Positions 12,382-25,399 of a stretch of 64,000 nucleotides of DNA are shown piece after piece. The DNA lies in assembly GCA_951406725.2 (NCBI GenBank), contig OX597820.1:114328001-114392000 (forward strand), given 5' to 3'. The notes beneath the pieces were generated by a model. That model did not search any database. It worked only from the letters and a program-made list of their open reading frames with translations, and was not told where the DNA came from. The stretch's first letter is position 1. Each line of letters begins with the position of its first letter. Both the position numbers and the translations under genes were made by a program. Origin of the DNA: Octopus vulgaris (lineage: Eukaryota).

Positions 12382-12739
12382 TATATATATATGCATTCAT
12401 GTTTTATTCATTTTCAAATTTCATTAATAATATAGACATTGACTGCAATTTTATTTTCAATGCTTTACATTCATCTCAAATTTATTATCAATGTACATAT
12501 ATGTATAAATTGCCAACATTTAATTTTTATTAAGAATATATTGTAATCATATTAAGAATATATAAATTTTAATTATATTATAAATAAATAAATAATTTAT
12601 AATATGAATATATAAGTTTTGAATTATATAAATATAATGATATATTTGATAATTAGAATAATCAGTCATATCATTGACTGTATGTAGGTGTATTTCATCA
12701 ATATAAATAATATTGAATAATTAATACTAATAAAGATTT

Positions 12740-14470
12740 CTTCTATTGACACAACGCCAGAAATTTACAGAGGATGGGGGACCAGTTGATTAAATAAACT
12801 TTCAGCAAATTACTGGTACTTATTTTATCAACCATATAAGATAGAAAGACAAAGTTTACCTTGGTGCAATTTCACCTTAGAATCCAAGGGAGCAGGATTT
12901 TTTAATTATGCACAAAGCTATAAATTAGGGAGAAAATTTTAGTATTTTAGTATCTGTCAGGTAATTTGTCTATTGAAACTAGATCAATGAAAGGCAAAGT
13001 CAACCTTGGTGAGATTTGAACTCAGAAAATAAAAAGGACATAATTACTTTAAGGCATTATAATTCTGATATTTATCATACTATTATTAATAATAATTCTT
13101 TCTAATTTTGGCACAAGGCCAGCACTTCTGAGGGGACAGGGCAAGTCACTTACATAAACTCCATTACTTGAGTGATACTTAATCAAACCTGAAAAGATGA
13201 ACAGTAAAGTTGAACTCTGAACATAAAGAGTTGGACGAAATTCTACTAAGCATTTTGCTTGACATGCTAACAATTCTGCCAACTTATTGTAAGAAATTTT
13301 AGCGGGAGGGCTGAGTTGATTACACCAATCCCAGTACCTGACTGGTATTTTATTTTATCAATCCCAGAAAGATGAGTTGACCTTGGCAGGATTTGAACTT
13401 GGAATATAAAGAGTCAGAATATATTTACAAGGCGTACTGATTTTTTTTATTTGCCACAAGGGCAATAAATGAAGTGATATTAAAAAGATAAATTAAAAAA
13501 AAAAAAAAACAGCAGGGATTTGCACAACATCAGTGATGGAGGAGGGGTATATTTCTCACTTAGGTAAAAAACTACTTGGGGTGAATATGTAGTTAACCTT
13601 AATATTTGATGGTCACCTACTTAGCAACTTTGGATACAATAATTGTATCTATTACAAACGAAAGGTCATGTATTTTGGGGCAGAACGTAATCAATTCAAT
13701 GACCTCCCTCCTCAACAGCTGGCAAGTACTTTGGGCACAAGGCCAGCAATTTTAAGGGGAGGAGGAAGTCAATTACATCAACTCCAGTGCTCAAATAATA
13801 ACTAACCTTATCAGCCCTGAAAAGATGGAAAGGCAAAGTGGAAGAGCTAGAAGAAATGTCACTAAGTTTTTTGCCTAACATGCTAACAATTGCTTTTTAA
13901 ATTAGGCACACAGCCAAAATTTCAGTGAGGGTGGGGGTACAGTTGAATATATTATTTTCAGTATTGGACAGGTACTCTATTTTATTGACTCTGGAGGGAT
14001 GTAAGGTTTGAAACTAGAACAGACAATTTCAGAACAAATACTGCAAGTTGTCTTGCCCCTATGCTTTAACAATTCTACTAATCCATTACCTTTTAATAAT
14101 TATAATAATAATGGTTTCAAATTCTTTAGCACAAGGCCAGTAACTTCAGGGAAGAGCTAAGTTGATTACATCAACCCTTGTACTCAACTGGTACTTAGTT
14201 TATCGACCCCAAAAGGATGAAAAGCAAAGCTGATCTCAGCAGAGTTTGAACTCAGAATATGAAGGTGGATGAAATACCACAAAGCATTTTTCCCAGTATG
14301 CTAAAGTACTGCCAGCTTGCTATAACAATAATAATAATAATGGTTTTAATTCAGGAACAAAAGGTAGCTGTTTTTAGGGAAGGGATTTGTTGATTATGTC
14401 ACTTCCAGTGCTTAACAGAATATGACCTCAGAACAAAAAGAGCAGGATAAAATACCACCATGCTATAATG
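12740..14470 (-). mobile_element. Head-to-tail cluster of degenerate family-A SINEs
   Basis: Several ggcacaaggccagca...gaaaggcaaagt...tttgaactcaga units separated by (AAT)n. Confidence 0.8.
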
Positions 14471-15238
14471 ATTCCTTTTGACTCAATACAAAGTGAATTT
14501 TCACAGATGCAATTATTGTAAGAATTTTTTATTCATCCTAAAAAATTTTGAGAAGATAGATTTTGAACTCAGATTACAAGATGGACAATACCAGAGTTAA
14601 GACTTGCATTCTCTTCTCAACTAGTATTACAATTGGTTTCACTGGGTTTAGCAATCTGACCTCTACTGACCTGGTGGGTTAAGGTTTGAATATGATATCA
14701 AAGGAACCTTTAATGTTGGTGATAGTGAGGGTACAATTATATAGTAATCAGCAGTATGAATATATATAGCTATCTGAATGTTTCTGCATGCAAATATATC
14801 ATCAACATTTTTTTATTAGGGTAATGGAATTACTTTCATCTTTTTGCATCTTGTTGTGGGCAGACTACCTTTTATTTTTCCAACATCAGCAGAATATAGA
14901 ACATATGTCATAAATTGGGGGGTATTTGATTTGAACGGACTCCACCTACCCCACCATAATTTGTGACCTTGTGTCAATGTTGAAAATTATTATTTTTATA
15001 AGTTTTGCATAGTAAACCATTCTCAACTTTTAGGGCTTATAAGTGGGTCCAGATCAGTCAATTCACTTCAATATCACTAGTATTTTGCTGATGATAGAAA
15101 TCGAGTAGGTAAAGCCAATTAACTCCCAACAACAAGTACCAAACTAAATACAATAAACCATTTGAGACCCCTATCCCCACCAAACTCCCTCAGTTTCAAC
15201 CAAATTCATTTTCTTCATATCAATACATCACCATATTG

Positions 15239-15363
15239 CTAGCTGTGCCAGTCTTTCATTATGTCTTCAGTGAAGTCCAGGATCGTTAGATCTACTCTCA
15301 CCTCTACTTCCTCTTCTATGGTCATCTGTTCATCCCACAACCCATGGCATTGCTGTCTCTTAA
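15239..15363 (-). other. Candidate terminal exon: xKRQQCHGLWDEQMTIEEEVEVRVDLTILDFTEDIMKDWHS* (phase 1) or LRDSNAMGCGMNR* (phase 0)
   Basis: ttacttcAG acceptor followed by GC-richer, purine-rich unique sequence with a 41-codon protein-like frame. Confidence 0.35.
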
Positions 15364-16389
15364 CTGAAGTAATTATTTTTACAGTTAAATGCCTCTTTTT
15401 ACCACTAACAGCTGAACTGTGAAGTAAGATTGGAGTTCATGTTTTTTTTTTCTTCTTTGCTTAAGCAATAAGAGAATAGTTGTAGTGAAATCTGAACTTG
15501 AGTCTATGTGGTCTTTAGACAAACAGGCTATTCTCACAACCACTGTGCCTCTCATGAGCTGGCATACATACACAAATCAAGCTTCCAGTGAACAGTTAAT
15601 AAGGTGTAAAGGGCTTGTTCTAGGAACAGGGAGCATACAACTAAAATTACTAAACAATTGCAGCTAGTAGTAGAAGCAACAACATTACTTAATGTTTTCT
15701 GTCAAGCAATGTATCAGCCCTGATACAGCAGTGAAAGTGTTTTGACCATTCAATTTGAGGATATGATCTGAGTTCAAATCTCATGGGAACTGACTATGCA
15801 TTTTATTCTGCCAAATCACAGTAAAATAAGTATTAGTCATATACTAAGGTTCATTCAATTATCTATATTTCTCCTCTACAAACCTGTCACTTTGCAGCAA
15901 TGAAAAGAAAGCATTCACATAATTGAATCTAATTTTAATTCCTTCTATTTTACATTATTAATTTACTTCTCTAATTAACACAATTTCAAGTTTTTTCACG
16001 TAAGTCCACATCACTTAACACCACCAACCTTTAGATTTTATTACTTTTTATTTCTTTGGTATAGTTTTAAATTTGAAAATAACAAAAACACAACAAAACA
16101 ATTTAAATGAGAAAACCTGAAAGAAATGTGGAAAAAAAATTTTTTTTTTTTTTTTTACAAAAAATATTAATTATTTTTCATGTTTAGAAAATTTATTTTA
16201 AAATACCATCTTGAATGTGTTAATTGTAGTCTGAGAGAAAAATGGTAAAATTGATTTAGGATATTTAATGAAAAGAAGTAAAAATAAAATTTTCACCTTT
16301 TACTGCCTTGAAGAAAATAGTTTTGCACCAAATTCTTTGGTTAACCAATTATTTGAAGTCACTTTTGTTGTACAATGTATATATTGAGG

Positions 16390-17036
16390 TGTTGCATATG
16401 TATATAGCCTGATGTTTCTGTTTGCTTCATTAAAGAGGGGAGGAGCACAACCCATAACTTTTGCAGGATCTCAGATGTTGATGAATGAAAGGAAGTAGAA
16501 ACCACAACTTATGAATTGTGGTTGGTCACTTCTTTAATAACTCTAAGGAAACCAGCTGGAAATCAGTAACCACAGACAGACATCTTGAAGGTCTGTGACT
16601 GCTAGGTCACCAGTCATAACCTAATACAGCAGAGAGTACACATTTAGCAAACAGGGTAGCTGCACCAGGTATTATTCACAGGGGCCAGGTTTAGCCACAT
16701 TTAGCTGTAGTCCTCTGGTGGAGAACTCCCTTATGTTTGTACCCACTTACTAACAACACTACACAAAGGATGGTAAAGTAAGAAGAGGTGTATCAAGAGA
16801 ATGAGTTGCCTTCATATTGGAGAGGTGGTCAAGCTACTTGCAACAGACTAGAAACTACTAAAGGCACCAAGGGACCAGATGATAGGGTCAAACCAGCAAC
16901 AAATTAAGTGTTGATGAATGGATTAGGTATGGAGTAGGGGACGTGTATGTTGTTAGACTGGGTGTGATGTGTAGGCCAGGTGTTGATTTGTAGTTTGTAT
17001 ATTGGAGGTTGATATGTAGTCTTGTGTAATGTAACA
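16390..17036. mobile_element. Possible solo LTR or TIR element (647 bp)
   Basis: GC-richer block bounded by TGTTGCAT...ATGTAACA (inverted, TG..CA); no clean TSD. Confidence 0.45.
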
Positions 17037-18786
17037 GGATATTATTTTTTCTTCTATTTTCCACTTCTGTAAACTTACCATAAAACCAACTGGGTTTAGA
17101 ACAGCTTTATTTGAACATTCATTTCTACTAGAAATATTAATTTGGTCATTTCAAATATTATGGAAAATGTATTTTCCTATTTTTTTTACAATTATATGTG
17201 AATGTATTTATGTGTATTTAAATATGTCTACTTAAGTGTGTAGGTGTGTGTGTATGTATATATATATATATAACCTACATGCTCATATATATATATATAT
17301 ATATACACACACATAAATATATATTTATATATGCAAACACATAGGCGCATAGATATTTTTTACACTTAGACAACCTTCAGCAGTGTTGTAAAACATATGT
17401 CCTTCACAAAAAATAAAAGGTTAAAAAAAAGACACCACACCTCTTATGCTACAGCAGAAAGGTTACAGGGCCACTAAATGTATACAAAAGGAAGAGTTCT
17501 TAGGTGTTCCGTTCCAAGAACACTCTTTCTACACCAACCAATCATTGTCCTAATTGACACACTTTTGTTTTTACATCAATTATATATTTATAATATTTAT
17601 TTTCCTAGAGTAGACATTTCAATCTGTATGCTTCACATTTTATTTTCACCAGTGACATCTAACTCACATTCAGGTGAACAAGTTCTTATCTTAAAGTTAT
17701 ATACAATTTAAAAGTCATTTTAGTACAAATACACTTACAGACACCTACCACACATGCATCTATGTGTGTTAGTGTGTGCGCTCTTGCTTGCACACATGTA
17801 TATATGTATACATGCATATTACATGTGTTACATGTGTGTACATACACACACACATAGACATATACATGCAAGTATATACTTAACTACATAAATATATGTA
17901 TACACAGGCAGAACCTCTACAAGGTTATAACCTGCATCAGTTGAGGTCATACTTAATTGCAACACCTAGTAGCACATATACATCTATATTCACACACACA
18001 CACATACATGAAACACACAGGTACAATAGGACTTCAGTAATAGAAAATGTGTTAAAATGTTTGCCTGCTTACTGTGTTATTTTGCTATGGTAAGAAATTG
18101 CCACAGATGTTATTACTAATTATATTATTTTTAGACATAGTCACCAATAGATTAGTGTTTGTTGCAGTGGAAGACCTATATTCTCACTGTCGCGCCCATT
18201 CTTATCACAGATGCTGTCATCACAACCGTTCTATAGAGTAGTTGTCATCTCTAGTCTTTGTAAAAACAATTCCCCTTTCTCTCTGTTGACATTTTTTTGT
18301 TGTTTCTGTTATTGAAGAAAAATTCTTTCCTATCTTTTTATTCATCTTTTAATTCCTGGTTTTGCAAAAAGGCGCAATTCATAGCACTCAACATATGCAG
18401 AGCCATAGCAGAAGTGGTAGTCATTATCATAAGTGGTAGTCATCATCATACGTCTGCTTTCCATACTAAAAAGACAAACAGATAATGAGGAAGAGGAGAA
18501 AGAAAGATAGGTAGAAATGACTAGAAATCAGTCCAAGCTTTATAGAATTTACTCCAATTCATTTCCTCTCTGTTCACTTCCTCTCACTTTGTGTGTCACT
18601 GTTACTCTGTCCGCTTCTTTCAATTAGAAAAAAAAGAAAGAAAAAAAACGGAAAAAAAACTCCCCACAAAATCCTCTTCTGAACTGCTTCCTTCCCAAGG
18701 AAGGAAAAAAAAAATTGCAATCATAAAGATCTAAATAAGTGCTGTATAAGAGATAGAGGAGCAGGAAAAGGTGAAAGAATATAGTA

Positions 18787-18817
<31 letters not shown>

Positions 18818-19029
18818 AGAGAGACCAAGAAAGTAAATATGAGAGGAATAGTGAAAAACAGAAGGAAAGATTACTTAGACACAAAGTGATAATCTCTAGT
18901 GATAATCTCTAGTGATCAAATGAAAAATTAACTGGTTCACTGTTAAGACCATTAGAATATTAAAGAGTGAGTGAGAGTAAGGGTGACAGTTGGTAGAGGG
19001 TGATAGCTGTTGTTTTGACAGGGCATCGG

Positions 19030-19158
19030 CAGTAGTAGTAGTAGTGGTGGTGGTAGTAGGAGTAGCAGCAGTAGTAATAGTGTTGGTTGTAGAATAAGTG
19101 GTGGTGAAGGTGGTACTGGTAATAGTAGTAGTGGTTGGTGGTGGTGGTGGTGGCAGCA
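19030..19158. repeat. (AGT/GGT)n degenerate trinucleotide tract
   Basis: Direct reading. Confidence 0.85.
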
Positions 19159-19220
19159 GACGGTGAGTAAAATTTCCATGGAAAAGTCTGGGGAGCACAC
19201 AGAACAAGGATGTATCGATA

Positions 19221-19277
19221 CTAGCTGGGAAATGAAATCCCTATGTCTTCGAGTATGCCTTTTGGTGTTTCTGACTC
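19221..19277 (-). other. Candidate terminal exon (ESETPKGILEDIGISFPS* in phase 0)
   Basis: Strong acceptor cttatctctgttccttacttAG|G; CpGs retained; protein-like frame. Confidence 0.4.
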
Positions 19278-19390
19278 CTAAGTAAGGAACAGAGATAAGT
19301 TTTAATGATAATAATAACAATAATAATAATAAAAAAAGGTAATTATAATCATAAACAAAAGCTCAAATTCCAATAAAAAGCATGGAGAAA

Positions 19391-19445
<55 letters not shown>

Positions 19446-19849
19446 TAGCAATGTGTGGTTGTTCAGTTAAAAAGCATCTTCAACCCTTGAAATATTTACC
19501 TTCATTTAGGGTACCTTACTCCCCAACCTCTTCTGTATACATCTATCTTTACACTGGGCACCAAGACTAAGTTTGGCAGAATCCATAACGCCATCCAACT
19601 GCATGGGGTTTGAATTTAGAACTGTGAGCTAATCCTATCGGTGACTACTAAATACTTCTTTGGTGAATGATATTTCATAGTGGTTTTGTAATAATTATTA
19701 TATAAGCATTTTTAGCTTATAGGTTTGTGTACAGAACTTGTTCAGTCGTACACTAAAGCGAGGTACACAAGTCACAGAACATTTCTTTTCTCACATTGTC
19801 ATTATTTTGTTCTATTCAGTATATTGCAGAATTATTTCTTTATTAGATT

Positions 19850-20084
19850 TCGTTTTTGGATTTGGTTTGCAAGATTCTTTATATGAGTTTGTGTGTTGAA
19901 GCATATTCTGTTGTGTCTGGGGAGAGTCATTTTCTTTTTGTGCCTTATTATTTAACTATTGAAAAGGTTGTAAGACGCAAGGAAAATTTTAGGACAATAA
20001 AAATAAGAAAAAAGTGTAAATTTTACCGGTGAGTGTTAAATAATAAGGCACAAAAATAACATGACTCTCCCCAGGCACAACAGA
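19850..20084. mobile_element. Retroelement fragment (Penelope-like?) with internal inversion and 16-bp TSD
   Basis: TSD atttctttattagatt at 19834-19849 and 20085-20100; 52-bp inverted repeat at 19905-19956 / 20035-20086. Confidence 0.8.
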
Positions 20085-20171
20085 ATTTCTTTATTAGATT
20101 ATTGGTTAGGAAGGGCAAAATCCATAATTTTTTCTAACGCCTTCCTAGATTATATTCTACACAGATATTAT

Positions 20172-20390
20172 TTAACCTTCTTATGAAATACACAAGCCTC
20201 TGTTTCACTTAATTTTCAAAGTAATGCAAAATTTAGTAAAAAAGCAAAATGCTGTTATTAAGCTGGTGTTTGGAACCTAGATTGATATGACATTTTGGTA
20301 GAAAGTTTTAATACAGAGTACTTTAAAGCTGGAAGTTTCTACCAAAGAACCAGGGATCAGTCTCAAGCAGGTTGGCACAAAAAGGGCTAA
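20172..20390. mobile_element. piggyBac-like MITE (degenerate)
   Basis: ttaacctt...aaagggctaa ends; internal similarity to 31570-31790, 50247-50468, 52485-52650 and 63860-63970. Confidence 0.6.
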
Positions 20391-20479
20391 TTTATTGAAA
20401 AAGTTGTTTAAGGATTTTTTAAATATTATTATATTAACAATAATTTTATGATTCTCTTATCCGTGGCCTTTATGATGAT

Positions 20480-21100
20480 AAGACAATATGGCCAGCAAGT
20501 TTGAGAGCAGAGGATCCTAGTACTTGAACTTTATTTTATCAACCCTGAAAAATGAGAGAACATAAAGAGCCAGAATAAAATGCCACCAAGCATTTTGTCT
20601 GATGCTTTAATAACTCTGCCAGCAATTTTGAGGGGAGAAGTCAGTCAATACAACTGACCCTAGTACATGACTGGTACTTTATTTTATTGACCTCAGTGGG
20701 ACGAAAGGCAAAGTTGATTAATTTTACCAATCCTCTGCTTATAATAATAATCTGTGGATCATTCCCACTTTATATTCACTGTAGTAGTAGTAATGAGTTG
20801 AAAGGAATGGTGCTAATCACCATTCCTTGGGAAGGAAGCCTGACACTAACGATTTTGCCTGCTCACTGCCTTAGTAATGATAATTCTTTCCACTACAAGC
20901 ACAAAGCCTAAAATTTTGGGAGAAGGGAAAAGTCAATTAGATTGATCTCAGTGTTCAACTGGTACTTATTTTATCAACTGTGAAAGGATGGAAGGCAAAG
21001 ATGATCTTGGCAGAATTTGAACTCAGAATGTAAAGCCCGAAGAAATGCTGCTAAGCACTTTGTCTGGCATGGTAACAATTCTGCCAGCTCACTGCCTTAG
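20480..21100 (-). mobile_element. Family-A SINE cluster, last copy near full length (~20890-21098)
   Basis: Ends in aattctgccagctcactgcc, the reverse complement of the SINE head. Confidence 0.8.
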
Positions 21101-21636
21101 CAATAATAATGGCATAAAAACAGAGCATCTGCAAAAGTGAATGCAACAGTAAAAAGAAAGAAGATTGTTGCAGCCCTCCATGAGAAGGTTACAAATATAA
21201 TTAGAAGTATTAATTAATAGAAAAAAAAACAAACATGCATGAAATTTACAGATGTGAGCATTTAATGACTGAGAAATGACAAGCAAATAGATAAAGTAAA
21301 AAAATATAAGAAAAACAACATACATTGAATAAAACATGCAGATAAAACACTATATTTTCAGGTTTTCAATTTCATGCTAAGGACTAAATATTGTCCAAAG
21401 TAGCAGCAGCAACATGAAACATTTTGATTAAATTAAATCTTGCAAAGAAATGTAACAGAAAAAAAAAATAGGTAATTATTTTTGACTTTTTGAAGTGGGA
21501 TATCTGTAATTTCACTCTTTTTCATCTGGTTGCATTTTTGTTGATTCTGGATTATTTTTTATTACATATTTCAAAATACCAAAGTTTCAAAACATTATCA
21601 CTCTTCTAGAAACTAATCAACCATCTGAACACTTAC

Positions 21637-21720
21637 CAATCAGGCAAAACACACAAGCCAGGTAAGATGCATTCTCATCAGGAAATGATATAAGCATAAT
21701 GTTGGAAATATTAAAACTTC
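21637..21720 (-). other. Candidate 84-nt cassette exon
   Basis: attcttcaccAG acceptor and TTG|GTAAGT donor; open in phase 1 (xSFNISNIMLISFPDENASYLACVFCLI), stop-containing in phase 0. Confidence 0.3.
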
Positions 21721-21889
21721 CTGGTGAAGAATGCAGCACAATATATAGCTTAGTTATTACTGAATCCAGAGGAAGAGCTGGGTTCATTCTGAGATAAAAG
21801 CAATCTGGAGGAAGATGTGGAAGGTAAAAGAGCACTTTGTTGGTTGTAGGTTCAAAGAACTTCTAACTAACACTTCTGACAGGAGAGAG

Positions 21890-22830
21890 GAGGATATAGA
21901 GACTCATAGTATGCAGAACAATTGAGAGTTCTTAGGAGATGAGCTACGGAAGGTAACACATCAGATTTGCAGTTGGTACAAAACCCTAACTGAAGGAGAC
22001 ATGGTGGTAGAATGACATGGACAAGAAAGACATAAAAGCTAAGAGACACGCTTGGATAGACTAGAAGAAAAGTGAAAGCAGCAGCTAGATAAGAAATAGA
22101 AAAGATTTTCAGATTTTGCAGTGAGAGGGTATGAGATGTGCTGGGTTGCAAAACGGTGCCAGAGAAAATGGAGATGTCATTGGGGAGAAGTGTACCTGGA
22201 ATGATGGAGGCACATGTGCTCTTACTGCTAATGAAAAGAGGCAGGTAAATACTATTATGAGAGGTTGTTCAACAAGAAGAATTTATAGGAAAAAGAGGGT
22301 CTATCTTATGTTGACCCTAGACAAGGACTAGCAATTCGCAATGACCAGTATGGTAGATAGAATGACTAAGGGCAGTCCCTTAGACCCTTAACATTTCTAA
22401 CAAAGTAGGGTCCTTACTAGTCACTTGAATAGTTAGTTACATTATACAGGAAGGAAAGGGTCAAACCCAGTGATTAGTAAACTCTTATAAGGCCAAATGA
22501 AATACATTGGGGTGGGGGAGAGAGAGAGAGAGAGAGAGAATTACTGAATCACCAAATTGTTGGATCAGGTTTTGAAGGTTATGGAAAGAATCATATCACA
22601 ATTGATTAGGAACTGAAATGGATGTAAATGTTCTGAAAGTAGAATAGCCAGATCAAGAAGAAGTTGAAGATAAGGGAGCTATTATCTCTTCTGGCAACAA
22701 AGGTTTTCTCCCTCCATATGAAGAACAGACCTTGTGTTTGAGCTGTGATGCTGCATGGTAGGGAGACATGGTCCATGATTGTAAAGGACCTGCAAAGACT
22801 ACAAGAGATGAAACCAGGATTCTCTCAGCC
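21890..22830 (+). mobile_element. Heavily decayed RTE LINE internal fragments
   Basis: Patchy motifs KLLDQVLKVMERIISQLIR (~22555-22610) and AVMLHGRETW (~22742-22770). Confidence 0.65.
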
Positions 22831-22947
22831 ACTTCTTACTGTCATTCATCCCTTACGCTAACCATTGTCTATCATTACTCATTACTCTCCCTTGCTCTCT
22901 TTATCCCAATCATTCTATCATCTCTAGTTACCATTTCTTGTTCCCTT

Positions 22948-24652
22948 CAAGGAATGAGGGAACTCTTCTTAACCTTTCTAGAAGCATGCTTCTAAAAAGA
23001 GGAACTACCGGTGGTATAATTGGGCAGGTGGTATGAACCCAATAGCCAAACTGGGAGAAAAACAATTCTCTCCTTGACAACTTGTGAAGAGGCAAACACT
23101 AAGGGAGTCTATCCTGATAGTAAACTGGGTTAGAAGAGAACTAGGGAACCATTAATTCTAATCATCCCTTGGAAAGTCTGAAGACACAATGAATAAGCTG
23201 TAGTTGGGAACAGTGGGGGGGAGGAGGGAACTGACTTTCAATCATGAAGATTGAACTATTCATTCACTCATAGGCACACACAAACACATTCACATCATCA
23301 TTGCCATTATATGTTCTTACGTCTGCTTTTTTACACATTGGCATGAATTGGATAAGAGTTGAGGCACTATACTGTGGATGGATACATTTCCTGTCACTAT
23401 CCCTTAGTTGCTGTCCCAAAACTTCAAAGTCACTATCAACTTTTCCCTGTGAAAACAAAATAATTATGACACTCAACAGAAAGTTGAGTGATCTTTCTAT
23501 TTAATGTTTGACTGAACTTTCATATATTGAGAATATATGAACAACAGAAATGGAGGTATCCCTCTTCAGCCATGTGAAACCAGATTCATCATGATTTCAG
23601 CGCTCAAAACATGGCATCATTCATCTAGCTAGTGCTACTGGTTACAGATATCACTAGGGTGGAAGATGAAACATTTTATGATGTCATGCAACTTAACACA
23701 TGAAGGATAGTTATTACAACTAGAACAAAACTAAAGGACAGTCAGAATCTTACTACATACATAAAACCTGAACGATGATCATTATTCACAATCAAGTATG
23801 ATATGGTATTAACATGTGCCATACTTTTATGAATGGTTTTTGGTACTCATGTAATCACAAGTAGACTGTTAAACTTATTGGTCCCGTTAAACTTCTCTCC
23901 GTGAAACATGCAGACTGTGACAGCTAAAGGTAATGCAGACTGCACCAGCACTGGGTTTGTACTACATTGACACCCCAGAAGAATTGAAGATGGGGTTGAT
24001 CTCTGTGTCACCAACACTAGGCAAGTTACTGTGTTTTCAATGAGACACAATGCAAAGGCAATCTCAACCCTTCACTTTCCTTGCTCACTTGCCAACTACA
24101 GAATATACAGGGTATATTCAGTGCACTGACAGAAGAGGGGTTGCCTTGCAAGCTGTAAGAGTGAAAAGTACTCACGATGTACATTCATTCAAGGTAACAT
24201 GACCAAGGAGAGGAAGAGGAAGGAGACAGCTGTAACAGAAGGAGAGCAAGAATGCCAATGCGTAAAAAAGCAGACGTAAGAACATATAATGGCAATGATG
24301 TAGATGTGAATGTGTTTGTGTGTGCCTATGAGTGAATGAATAGTTCAATCTTCATGATTGAAAGTCAGTTCCCTCCTCCCCCCACTGTTCCCAACTACAG
24401 CTTATTCATTGTGTCTTCAGACTTTCCAAGGGATGATTAGAATTAATGGTTCCCGAGTCCTCTTCTAACCCAGTTTACTATCAGGATAGACTCCCTTAGT
24501 GTTTGCCTCTTCACAAGTTGTCATAAGGAGAGAATTGTTTTTCTCCCAGTTTGGCTATTGGGTTCATACCACCTGCCCAATTATACCACTGGTAGTTCCT
24601 CTTTTTAGAAGCATGCTTCTAGAAAGGTTAAGAAGAGTTCCTTCATTCCTTG
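22948..24652. repeat. Long inverted duplication: arms 22948-23344 and 24252-24652, 907-bp spacer
   Basis: Arms are reverse complements with about 5 substitutions and 3 small indels by eye. Confidence 0.97.
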
Positions 24653-25399
24653 TGATCTTGCCACACATCAGACACCAACAAAATTTCTGAACCCAAGCCT
24701 TCCTATAGCTAGTTAGTCACTCACTGTTTGCTTCATCCACCTTTTTAACAGCAATTATTTTTGTCCACAAGCATATATCTATGCCTGTGTGTATATGTAT
24801 ACATGTATATTTGCTCCTCTGTATATAACTGGTTCTATAAAGTCTTTCCTGTATATCATGCATAATAGCAAGGTTTAGTAAATGTGTGATGTGGTACCAC
24901 TCCACATTATTCAACTATGAATAAATTTATACAGCTCTTATGTAATTAATAACACATTATAATCTATACATAATGTGCTCCAAAGTGAAATGATATTGAA
25001 ACAATTGTAACCAGTATTAAACCAATGCTGTATTGATATCTTCATCCTTGTCTTATATGTACTCATAAAAATGAATCATAAAATCTATTCAGATTTCAGT
25101 TTGCCAAACAAAATCAAATAACTTTAGTTACCTGTTAAAAAAAAATTCTCTCTACAAATTAACAATCAGGTTTGTTTCTTTTACCAATGTAATATCACAT
25201 GTATTTGATTGAAAGTTGAAAACCTGGTTGGTAGTATATAGTGTTTGAAGGAGAAAAGAGCAGGCTGGGTGGGATGGTGAAGAGAGAGAGAGAGAGCAAA
25301 GGTTGCAGTTCAACAGAAATGAGTCTAACAAAGAAAAAAAACATGCAAAAACTGCACCAAATAATAATAAAAAGGAGTAATAATAATAAAGACATAAAT

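Noticed and set aside
19022-19162. Plus-strand 141-nt exon-like unit (ttttgacAG ... ACG|GTGAGT)
   Set aside because: Consists of trinucleotide repeats; the only open frame contains WWWWWW, and no partner plus-strand exons were seen.
18896-19207. Mucin-like Thr/Pro ORF
   Set aside because: Product of the (ACT/ACC)n tract; more likely UTR or intron behind the 19277 candidate exon.
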